Shown: positions 47,645 to 59,000 of the stretch, piece by piece | Position numbering within the stretch: the stretch's first letter is position 1 | Layout of the letters: each line of letters opens with the position of its first letter | Assembly: GCA_964016885.1 (NCBI GenBank) | Contig: OZ024743.1 | Span: forward strand, 232,190,001 to 232,254,000 | From: Eledone cirrhosa | Lineage: Eukaryota | Length of the DNA: 64,000 nucleotides | Reading direction: 5' to 3' | Made by a program: the position numbers and the translations under genes | The notes under the pieces: model-generated | What the model was told of the DNA's origin: nothing | Database searches by the model: none | Seen by the model: the letters and a program-made list of their open reading frames with translations, nothing else

Positions 47645-48535
47645 GTAGATAAATCTAACAAAATATACGGTAGTTTCCAATCCGAATGAAGAACTCAATG
47701 TAATCCAAATATAGAAGATATCATGAAAAGAGAAGATGTATTCAAAAATTTACCATAACAATCAAAGGAAAACAGAGTCAAAATAAATTCATGAAAACAA
47801 TGAAATAAACACCAAGAACGGGTTCCTGATATTGAAAAATTCATCATCATACGATCGTTTCTGGGATGTATATATGTGTTGGTATGTATATCATATAGAT
47901 CTATGTAAAAATATTACAAATTATCAGAGCAAATATACATACCTTCACATATACATGCCATCTTCAGAAATGATCTCAGGTTAAAGTGTGGTTTTTTTCA
48001 GTGCCAAAGGATCAGTTCTGTCTTCAATATTGAGTTTATTTACTATGTTGTATGTTTTGTTGTTGATATTGGTAAGAGCCACATTATTTATTTTTATCAA
48101 TAATTTTTCCTGAGTTCCTTATAAATGAACTCATTTTAATTATTAATATCCATGTTGTATAGCTTTCCAGTTTTGTCAGAGTGGACGTGGACTTTGCTTG
48201 ATTTTTTTAGTTCCAATAGAGTAGAGTAAAGATCCTTTTTAAAGTTAGATTTATATTTCTTAAATCTGAGGTGTTTGATTAAGTTAAATAGATGTTTCTC
48301 GAAGTTTTCAAGCAAGGAGTTGTGTGGTGGGTTCATATATGTGGTGAAATCATTTCTGAAGACGGCATGTATATGTTAAGGTATGTATATTTCCTCTGAT
48401 AATTTGTAATAATTTTACATAGATCTATATGATATACATAGCAACACACATATACATCCCAGAAACGATCGTAAAATGATGAATTTTTAAATATAACTAA
48501 CTTATTCTTTGTGTTTATTTCATTGTTTTCATAAA

Positions 48536-48540
<5 letters not shown>
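47645..48540. mobile_element. Rearranged PLE 5: N-terminal ORF fragment (47975-48336, minus) between two outward-facing HHR pLTRs
   Basis: NPPHNSLLENFEKHL..VHSDKTGKLY..IEDRT..PHFNL is homologous to the PLE1/PLE3 N-terminus; arms belong to the 45003-45537 family. Confidence 0.85.
48349..48480 (+). ncRNA. Type I HHR with ~100-nt helix II domain
   Basis: ATCATTT-CTGAAGA-c..ATGTATATGT...ACATATACAT..a-GAAA-CGATCG-TA-AAATGAT; 7-bp helix I. Confidence 0.82.
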
Positions 48541-48595
<55 letters not shown>

Positions 48596-48930
48596 TGTAT
48601 GTGGGTGCGTGTCGGTGCGTGTCGGTGCGTGTGGGTGGCTGTGTGTTTAGGAATACATGGTATCCATTTGCATTGTGTATATAGATATTTGGGAGTGTAT
48701 CGAAGATTGTTTTCACCCATTTCATTTTCTCGCTCTCTGCTTCTCTCACCCTTACTCTCTCTATCATATATACATATTTATGAGACATGACTACAGGGTA
48801 CCACGATCGTCTCTCAGCCCAAAACAAAAACATTTTTTTCTTCTCAGTTTTTTTTTCTTTGCTTTTCTCCTTAAAGCCTCTTGGAATGTGTTTACTGCCA
48901 TTCCTTTGGTATGCAACTATTATACAATAT

Positions 48931-48988
48931 ACACCTGATGATGACACTGGGTTCATACGCAACTTGGTCACTAAAATGTACATAGTGT
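48931..48988 (+). ncRNA. Degenerate type I HHR (G12A) in a TA-flanked insert
   Basis: ACAC-CTGATGA-TGAC..GTCA ct-AAAA-TGTACA-TA-GTGT. Confidence 0.65.
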
Positions 48989-49041
48989 TTGCAGAAATAA
49001 ATGATGAAGGGAATTCCACCTGTATAACCACCTATCATTTT

Positions 49042-49072
<31 letters not shown>

Positions 49073-49195
49073 GAATATAGACATAGAATATTCGAAAATA
49101 TTCTGTATGTTTATAATAAACATTTTGAAGACCTAATCGCTATAGAATAGAATACGTCACGTATTACAATTATATTCTCGATAAAAGCAAGGGAA

Positions 49196-49238
49196 GTAAT
49201 CTACGCGTTTCATTCTCGTTAGAAATCATCAGGACTAC
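49196..49238 (-). ncRNA. Minimal type I HHR (first of 10 minus-strand copies at 310-bp spacing)
   Basis: Minus strand GTAGTC-CTGATGA-t TTCT aacg AGAA t-GAAA-CGCG-TA-GATTAC. Confidence 0.92.
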
Positions 49239-52090
49239 ATATCCAGTGCTTTTATCGAGAATGACACAGCTAGAGACTTATAGAATACTTAGCTGTGTAC
49301 AGGAACTGGTTTGAAAGAGCGGTTGCCGGTCCGGCAGAAATTAGAAATTGGAATAAATGCTCTGAAATAGCGATATATATGTGAATATAGACATAGAATA
49401 TTCGAAAATATTCTGTATGTTTATAATAAACATTTTGAAGACCTAATCGCTATAGAATAGAATACGTCACGTATTACAATTATATTCTCGATAAAAGCAA
49501 GGGAAGTAATCTACGCGTTTCATTCTCGTTAGAAATCATCAGGACTACATATCCAGTGCTTTTATCGAGAATGACACAGCTAGAGACTTATAGAATACTT
49601 AGCTGTGTACAGGAACTGGTTTGAAAGAGCGGTTGCCGGTCCGGCAGAAATTAGAAATTGGAATAAATGCTCTGAAATAGCGATATATATGTGAATATAG
49701 ACATAGAATATTCGAAAATATTCTGTATGTTTATAATAAACATTTTGAAGACCTAATCGCTATAGAATAGAATACGTCACGTATTACAATTATATTCTCG
49801 ATAAAAGCAAGGGAAGTAATCTACGCGTTTCATTCTCGTTAGAAATCATCAGGACTACATATCCAGTGCTTTTATCGAGAATGACACAGCTAGAGACTTA
49901 TAGAATACTTAGCTGTGTACAGGAACTGGTTTGAAAGAGCGGTTGCCGGTCCGGCAGAAATTAGAAATTGGAATAAATGCTCTGAAATAGCGATATATAT
50001 GTGAATATAGACATAGAATATTCGAAAATATTCTGTATGTTTATAATAAACATTTTGAAGACCTAATCGCTATAGAATAGAATACGTCACGTATTACAAT
50101 TATATTCTCGATAAAAGCAAGGGAAGTAATCTACGCGTTTCATTCTCGTTAGAAATCATCAGGACTACATATCCAGTGCTTTTATCGAGAATGACACAGC
50201 TAGAGACTTATAGAATACTTAGCTGTGTACAGGAACTGGTTTGAAAGAGCGGTTGCCGGTCCGGCAGAAATTAGAAATTGGAATAAATGCTCTGAAATAG
50301 CGATATATATGTGAATATAGACATAGAATATTCGAAAATATTCTGTATGTTTATAATAAACATTTTGAAGACCTAATCGCTATAGAATAGAATACGTCAC
50401 GTATTACAATTATATTCTCGATAAAAGCAAGGGAAGTAATCTACGCGTTTCATTCTCGTTAGAAATCATCAGGACTACATATCCAGTGCTTTTATCGAGA
50501 ATGACACAGCTAGAGACTTATAGAATACTTAGCTGTGTACAGGAACTGGTTTGAAAGAGCGGTTGCCGGTCCGGCAGAAATTAGAAATTGGAATAAATGC
50601 TCTGAAATAGCGATATATATGTGAATATAGACATAGAATATTCGAAAATATTCTGTATGTTTATAATAAACATTTTGAAGACCTAATCGCTATAGAATAG
50701 AATACGTCACGTATTACAATTATATTCTCGATAAAAGCAAGGGAAGTAATCTACGCGTTTCATTCTCGTTAGAAATCATCAGGACTACATATCCAGTGCT
50801 TTTATCGAGAATGACACAGCTAGAGACTTATAGAATACTTAGCTGTGTACAGGAACTGGTTTGAAAGAGCGGTTGCCGGTCCGGCAGAAATTAGAAATTG
50901 GAATAAATGCTCTGAAATAGCGATATATATGTGAATATAGACATAGAATATTCGAAAATATTCTGTATGTTTATAATAAACATTTTGAAGACCTAATCGC
51001 TATAGAATAGAATACGTCACGTATTACAATTATATTCTCGATAAAAGCAAGGGAAGTAATCTACGCGTTTCATTCTCGTTAGAAATCATCAGGACTACAT
51101 ATCCAGTGCTTTTATCGAGAATGACACAGCTAGAGACTTATAGAATACTTAGCTGTGTACAGGAACTGGTTTGAAAGAGCGGTTGCCGGTCCGGCAGAAA
51201 TTAGAAATTGGAATAAATGCTCTGAAATAGCGATATATATGTGAATATAGACATAGAATATTCGAAAATATTCTGTATGTTTATAATAAACATTTTGAAG
51301 ACCTAATCGCTATAGAATAGAATACGTCACGTATTACAATTATATTCTCGATAAAAGCAAGGGAAGTAATCTACGCGTTTCATTCTCGTTAGAAATCATC
51401 AGGACTACATATCCAGTGCTTTTATCGAGAATGACACAGCTAGAGACTTATAGAATACTTAGCTGTGTACAGGAACTGGTTTGAAAGAGCGGTTGCCGGT
51501 CCGGCAGAAATTAGAAATTGGAATAAATGCTCTGAAATAGCGATATATATGTGAATATAGACATAGAATATTCGAAAATATTCTGTATGTTTATAATAAA
51601 CATTTTGAAGACCTAATCGCTATAGAATAGAATACGTCACGTATTACAATTATATTCTCGATAAAAGCAAGGGAAGTAATCTACGCGTTTCATTCTCGTT
51701 AGAAATCATCAGGACTACATATCCAGTGCTTTTATCGAGAATGACACAGCTAGAGACTTATAGAATACTTAGCTGTGTACAGGAACTGGTTTGAAAGAGC
51801 GGTTGCCGGTCCGGCAGAAATTAGAAATTGGAATAAATGCTCTGAAATAGCGATATATATGTGAATATAGACATAGAATATTCGAAAATATTCTGTATGT
51901 TTATAATAAACATTTTGAAGACCTAATCGCTATAGAATAGAATACGTCACGTATTACAATTATATTCTCGATAAAAGCAAGGGAAGTAATCTACGCGTTT
52001 CATTCTCGTTAGAAATCATCAGGACTACATATCCAGTGCTTTTATCGAGTGCTTTTATCCAGTGCTTTTATCGATAAAAGCACTGGATAT

Positions 52091-52133
52091 GTAGTCCTGA
52101 TGATTTCTAACGAGAATGAAACGCGTAGATTAC
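52091..52133 (+). ncRNA. Minimal type I HHR in the inverted copy of the 310-bp unit
   Basis: Same motif readable on the plus strand; helix I is extended by TCGATAAAAGCA / TGCTTTTATCGA. Confidence 0.92.
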
Positions 52134-52286
52134 TTCCCTTGCTTTTATCGAGAATATAATTGTAATACGTGACGTATTCTATTCTATAGCGATTAGGTCT
52201 TCAAAATGTTTATTATAAACATACAGAATATTTTCGAATATTCTATGTCTATATTCACATATATATCGCTATTTCAGAGCATTTAT

Positions 52287-52371
<85 letters not shown>

Positions 52372-52373
<2 letters not shown>

Positions 52374-53087
52374 GTAATAATAATAAATTTGAAGACTAAA
52401 ATCCAAAGAGGGCTCGATAAGGATAAATATATATCAAATATATAAGAACCGTAGAGCAAATATTTATTAAAATAACAGATTAAAGTTTAAGCAAAGAATC
52501 GCTGCTTTCACCCTTAACGGGATCTTCTGAAACTAACATGTCAATCTGTAAACGCAGAAGTGGATTTTCAAAAAAGCGTTGCAACCGGAGGAAGACAGGA
52601 AGACGATACTTTGGTTCGTGGTAACGTTCGTTGGCAAAGAACGGGAAAAAACGAATATAATACGTCATTAATAGGAGCTGTGAAAAACAATTACACGCAA
52701 AGACAGAACCACGTTTATGGTATAAAAGAAGTCGTAGACTAATGTTCTCTTAGGTGGTGCATAGAGACGTTCTCTGGCAATGAACGGAAAAAACGAAGAT
52801 AATATGAACCACCTAAGAGAACATTAGTCTACGACTTCTTTTATACCATAAACGTGGTTCTGTCTTTGCGTGTTATTGTTTTTCACCGCTCCTATTAATG
52901 ACGTATTATATTCGTTTTTTCCCGTTTTTTGCCAGGGAACGTTTCCACGAACCAAAGTATCGTCTCCCTCTCTTCCTCCGGTTGCAACGTTTTTTGAAAT
53001 ATCCACTTCTGCGTTTACAGATTGACTTTGTTAGTTTCAGAAGATCTCGTTAAGGGTGAAAGCAGCGATTCTTTGCTTGTTATTTTA

Positions 53088-53093
<6 letters not shown>
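52372..53093. mobile_element. Foldback, ORF-less derivative sharing the PLE1 pLTR
   Basis: 52372-52460 matches 14331-14420; ~52461-52758 is inverted relative to ~52808-53093; the last ~160 bp match 16641-16813. Confidence 0.88.
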
Positions 53094-53118
<25 letters not shown>

Positions 53119-53134
53119 AGTGTTGTCTACCCTT

Positions 53135-53257
53135 GTTTCCGAAGAAGACGGTCTGATCGAACCTACATATATATGAGTTCTGATAATATACAGTTATATA
53201 ACTGCTATAGATATAACAATATGTCAATATGATCAACCCTCCAAAACGATCGTAAAA
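53135..53257 (+). ncRNA. Degenerate HHR with long helix II
   Basis: GTTT-CCGAAGA-...-AAAA-CGATCG-TA-AAAC; G12 is lost. Confidence 0.5.
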
Positions 53258-53379
53258 CTATGATATGAATAGGTAAAATAACTCAACTTTGTTGTTATTA
53301 TTTTCATTGTTGAATTAATATATATATATAATATATATATATATATAATATATATAATATATAATATAATATAATATAA

Positions 53380-53920
53380 AGAAAGTCAAACACATATGTA
53401 CATATATGCATTCAAATCACAAGGGACGTTAAACCGCGGGGTGAAAAAAATACTATCTAGGAATAATACGGTTTGTTAGACTCAATTAAAACGATAAATT
53501 AAGAATCACAAACCGAAATTATGACAACTATCACATCCAGTCAGCTTTTGGTAGAACGTAGTAACCTACGTTTTATTTGAACCATTAGGCACTGAATACC
53601 ATGTGCGTTTTTTTTCTCTCTTAATATACGCGCATAATTAGTCTTCTGAGATATTTAGATGTGAGGAGAGTACTTATCTGTAGATCCACTGAAGAGCAAT
53701 TGGATTTGTAACTCTTTCCACTTATTTGCGAAACAGTTCTACCAATAGATGACTGGATGTGATAGTTGTCATAATTTCGGTTTGTAATTCCTAATTTATC
53801 CGTTTAACTGAGTCTTGCAAACCGTATTATTCCTAGATAGTATTTTCTTGACCCTGGCGGTTTAATGTGCCTTGTGATTTGAATGCATATATGTATATAT
53901 CTGTGTTTGTCTCCCTTTAT
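53380..53920. mobile_element. Foldback pLTR element with HHR-like motif at 53684-53758
   Basis: ~53385-53558 is inverted at ~53736-53915; ATCCA-CTGAAGA-GCAA..TTGC-GAAAC...GAC-TGGAT (site GAC, non-canonical). Confidence 0.7.
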
Positions 53921-54037
53921 ATATTATAATATATTATAAGGCTCAGAAAATGTTTTCCTTCAATTATTCTAACTATAAGGGACTATTGTGAGTTTTTAAC
54001 TCAATATATACTTTTGATATATATATATATATCAAAA

Positions 54038-54117
<80 letters not shown>

Positions 54118-54127
54118 TTATATATAT

Positions 54128-54198
<71 letters not shown>

Positions 54199-54787
54199 TA
54201 CATACATCTAGTGTCATCACCGGTCTATCACATCGACCCCTGTACTTATTTCATCGATTTGATCATGATCAAAATATATCACATATATAGTAGAACCAGG
54301 TTTTGGGCTGCAGTTTGTATATGGTCAGTTCTGGATCATAAACTCTAAAATATTGCATTATTCCTACCGTGTCTTTATTTAAACATAATGTCAATGTTAT
54401 GGCCAAGCTAGTCCTCAGGAGACAGAGCTTATATTATAATGGATTCTTTCTTGAACGAAAGAGAGGTGTTATTCTCATTAGGTTTCACTTGAACGGTCTA
54501 ACTATTGAGTCGTTTTATTCGAAACAATATTATTATACCCCCAAATTATATTTCTCGGGACATACATTGGGTAACTAAGAGGTGTTGATTGAAGCTGGAG
54601 CACCAAACCAGGAAAGTAGATATTTGTTTGAGAAAGACATGTTACATTGTTCAAGGTAATGATAACATTTTAATAAATTTAATACATTTAGCTAAACTCT
54701 TATAATGCTCCTTGTTATATTTGCCAATGACAAAAATTTCGCCGAAGAAGGTGAGAACATCATCTTAATATTATTGCCGGTAATGAG

Positions 54788-54925
54788 GACGGTGGATTGG
54801 AAGAATGGGTAGACCGTCGCCTTTACGAACTGTGTTCAAATCCTGCCGAGCTTATCTTTGCCTTTCAGCCTTACGAAGTTCATAAAATAAAGTATCAGTA
54901 ATGCACTGGGGCCGATTTAATCAAC
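54788..54925 (+). mobile_element. Family A SINE, degenerate
   Basis: GTTCAAATCCTGCCGAG..CTTTGCCTTTCAGCCTTACG..AGTAATGCACTGGGG. Confidence 0.8.
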
Positions 54926-55913
54926 TCGCATTGATCAGTTGACCATGTCGCAAATAGTGCGACGAATATTTTCATGCTCGGAATTAAATGATAAATGTAA
55001 AATAAAGTTACCAATATGTGTTTTGCAATGATTAAAATCTCTTTTCCACGATATATGTATATATGCTTTAGAAATATTGAGACTAGTGTGTGTGTCTTCA
55101 CACGGGTGGGTGTTCACTTGAGTTTTGGAAAGAAGAAATAACATTTTAGAAATGAAATCTTCCTGGGTGTCCACTTTACCCTTTTGTTTGTTGAAAGGCC
55201 ATCAAAGCTATAGAACTAAAATATATGTTTCGTTTTTTATTGATATATTTCTGAGTTTTAGCCGAATAAATGATTGTAAAGAGAAACAGATGCAGAGAAT
55301 TTGTGGTTTTATTCAGTATAGGGTTTATTTTCCCTATATTTTGCGACTTGCTGGTTGCTGTATTTCGTGAAATATAAAATAGTACAGCTGTACTGGAAGA
55401 AGGGAATCTAAGCTTGTACATCTGCCGGATTTAAACGCAGAACAAAAGGGACTTGATTAAATACTTAATACGAATTATCAACCACTATAGCATCGCTATG
55501 GATACTGCAATTACACCGCTCTTAACAGTTGGAAATATGAAAAACAAGACAGATATAAACATATATATATGGGGGCTTGTCAGTGTGGGCACGTGTGGGG
55601 GTTTCTTTGTGTGAGTGTGCGTGTGTGTGTGTGTGTAGGTGTGTGTGTGTCTCTATGTGTGTGTATGTGTGTGTGTTTGTGTATATGTGCGTGTCTGCTC
55701 TATATAAGTGTAATTCTTACAAGCTGTTCCTATCATGTCTCATCCGGTGTACTGGTACAATGGTAATATCACATTGTTACAGTTCGCCTCGGTAAGTGTT
55801 TTTATAAACCTTGTGATATACATGTCTTCCTTTCAGGTTATGGTATTACAATAGCAGTAGATGTGGAAATATTCCTCTCTACATGTGTGGGTCCATGCGT
55901 GCACGTTTGTGTG

Positions 55914-55968
<55 letters not shown>

Positions 55969-56059
55969 CTGTGTGTGTGTGTGGATGTGTGTAGCCAGTG
56001 TATGCGTGTGTGTGAGAGTGTCTATATGCATCAGTGTCAGTGAGCGTCATTGTGCGTTA

Positions 56060-59000
56060 GTGTGTGTATGTGTGTGTACCCCGTGTCTGTCTGTGTGTAT
56101 GTTTGTCAGTTTGCCAGTGTGTCAGTGTGTATGTGTGTGTACCCCGTGTATGTCTGTGTGTATATTTGTCAGTTTGCCAGTGTGTCAGTGTGTATGTGTG
56201 TGTACCCCGTGTCTGTCTGTGTGTATGTTTGTCAGTTTGCCAGTGTGTCAGTGTGTATGTGTGTGTACCCCGTGTCTGTCTGTGTGTATGTTTGTCAGTT
56301 TGCCAGTGTGTCAGTGTGTATGTGTGTGTACCCCGTCTGTCTGTGTGTATGTTTGTCAGTTTGCCAGTGTGTCAGTGTGTATGTGTGTGTACCCCGTGTA
56401 TGTCTGTGTGTATATTTGTCAGATTGCCAGTGTGTCTGTGTGTGTAACCCGTGTATGTATGTGTGTATGTTTGTCAGTGTGTGTATGTGTGTGTGTACCC
56501 CGCGTATGTCTGTGTGTATGTTTGACAGTTTGCCAGTGTGTCAGTGTGTGTAAGTTTGCTAGTGTATCACTGTGTGTATGTGTGTGTGTACACCGTGTAT
56601 GTTTGCGTGCGTGTGTGTGAGTTTGTCAGTGTGTCAGATTATGTATGCTTGTGCGTCTATGTGTGTACATGTGTGTATGTGTGTATCCAATGTATATGTG
56701 CAAACCACGTGTATGCGCGTGTGTGTGTGCATCAATTTTTCACCGTGTCAGTGTGTGTATGTTGTATGTCTGTGTGTGTCCCTGTGTGTATCAGTCTGTC
56801 AGTGTGTCAGTGTGTGTATGCTTGTATGTCTGTGTGTGCATGTCTGTGTATGTGTGTGTATCCCATGTATGTGTGCACACCGCATGTATGCGCGTGTGTG
56901 TCAGTGTGTGTCTACTTTTGTGTCTCTGTGTGTGAGTGTGTGTATGTTTGTGCACCACGTATATGTGTGTGTACTGTGTGTGTGTCAGTGTGTCTCAGTG
57001 TATGTCAGTGTGTGTATCATTGTGTTAGTGTATATCAGTGTGTGTATGTTTGTGTGTCAGTGTATGTCAGTGTGTGTATGTTTGTGTGTCAGTGTATGTC
57101 AGTGTGTGTATGTTTGTGTCAGTGTATGTCAGTGTGTGTGTTTGTGTGTCAGTGTATGTCAGCGTGTGTATGTCTGTGTGTCAGTGTATGTCAGTGTGTA
57201 TGTCTGTGTGTCAGTGTATGTCAGTGCGTGTATGTTTGTGTGTCAGTGTGTGTCAGTGTATGCCAGTGTGTGTATGTTTGTGTGTCAGTGTATGTCAGTG
57301 TGTGTATGTTTGTGTGTCAGTGTGTGTCAGTGTGTGTATGTTTGTGTGTCAGTGTGTGTCAGTGTGTGTATGTTTGTGTGTCAGTGTGTGTCAGTGTATG
57401 TCAGTGTGTGTATGTTTGTGTATGGGTGTTTGTCAGTGTATGTATGATTGTGTGTCAGTGTATTTCAGTGTGTGTATGGGTGTGTGTCAGTGTGTGTATC
57501 ATTGTGTGTCAGTGTATTTCAGTGTGTGTATGGGTGTGTGTCAGTGTATGTCAGTGTGTGTATGTTTGTGTGTCAGTGAATGTCAGTGTGTGTATGTTTG
57601 TGTGTCTGTGTATGTCAGTGTGTGTATGTCTGTGTGTCAGTGTATGTCAGTGTGTGTATGTTTGTGTGTCAGTGTGTGTCAGTGTGTGTATGTTTGTGGG
57701 TCAGTGTATGTCAGTGCGTGTCTGTTTGTGTGTCAGTGTATGTCAGTGTGTGTATGTTTTTGTGTATGTGTATGTCAGTGTGTGTATGTCTGTGTGTCAG
57801 TGTATGTCAGTGTGTGTATGTTTGTGTGTCTGTGTATGTCAGTGTGTGTATGTTTGTGTGTCAGTGTATGTCAGTGTGTGTATGTTTGTGTGTCAGTGTA
57901 TGTCAGTGTGTGTATGGGTGTGTGTCAGTGGGTGTCAGTGTGTGTATGTTTGTGTGTCAGTGTGTGTGTATGTGTGTGTATCCCATGTATGGGTGCACAC
58001 CGCATGTATGCGCGTGTGTGTCAGTGTGTGTCTACTTTTGTGTCTCTGTGTGTCAGTGTGTGTATGTTTGTGCACCACGTATATGTTTGCGTACTGTGTG
58101 TGTGTCAGTGTGTGTCAGTGTATGTCAGTGTGTGTATCATTGTGTTAGTGTATGTCAGTGTGTGTATGTTTGTGTGTCAGTGTATGTCAGTGTGTGTATG
58201 TTTTTGTGTCAGTGTATGTCAGTGTGTGTATCATTGTGTTAGTGTATGTCAGTGTGTGTATGTTTGTGTGTCAGTGTATGTCAGTGTGTGTATGTTTGTG
58301 TGTCAGTGTATGTCAGTGTGTGTATGTTTGTGTGTCTGTGTATGTCAGTGTGTGTATGTTTGTGTGTCAGTGTATGTCAGTGTGTGTATGTTTGTGTGTC
58401 AGTGTATGTCAGTGTGTGTATGTTTGTGTCAGTGTATGTCAGTGTGTGTATGTTTGTGTGTCAGTGTGTGTCAGTGTATGCCAGTGTGTGTATGTTTGTG
58501 TATCAGTGTATGTCAGTGTGTGTATGTTTGTGTGTCAGTGTGTGTCAGTGTATGTCAGTGTGTGTATGTTTGTGTATGGGTGTTTGTCAGTGTATGTATG
58601 ATTGTGTGTCAGTGTATGTCAGTGTGTGTATGGGTGTGTGTCAGTGGGTGTCAGTGTGTGTATGTTTGTGTGTCAGTGTGTGTATGTGTGTGTATCCCAT
58701 GTATGGGTGCACACCGCATGTATGCGCGTGTGTGTCAGTGTGTGTCTACTTTTGTGTCTCTGTGTGTCAGTGTGTGTATGTTTGTGCACCACGTATATGT
58801 TTGCGTACTGTGTGTGTGTCAGTGTGTGTCAGTGTATATCAGTGTGTGTCAGTGTATGTCAGTGTGTGTATCATTGTGTTAGTGTATATCAGTTTGTGTA
58901 TGTTTTTGTGTCAGTGTATGTCAGTGTGTGTATGTTTGTGTGTCAGTGTATGTCAGTGTGTGTATGTTTTTGTGTCAGTGTATGTCAGTGTGTGTATGTT

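Larger units (their letters stand above)
49072..52291 (-). repeat. 310-bp tandem array (9 full units plus a partial) with an inverted terminal copy; one HHR per unit; retrozyme-like
   Basis: Unit starts at 49071, 49381...51861; direct part ends ~52049; inverted copy ~52072-52291; (TA)n at both ends. Confidence 0.97.

Noticed and set aside
49072-52049. CRISPR-like interpretation of the tandem array
   Set aside because: The units are identical with no variable spacers, there are no cas genes, and the context is eukaryotic.
55720-55885. Donor G/GTAAGT (55792) and acceptor TTTCAG (55836) suggesting small host exons
   Set aside because: The implied 45-nt intron is very short and the peptides are unrecognisable; it needs RNA-seq support.
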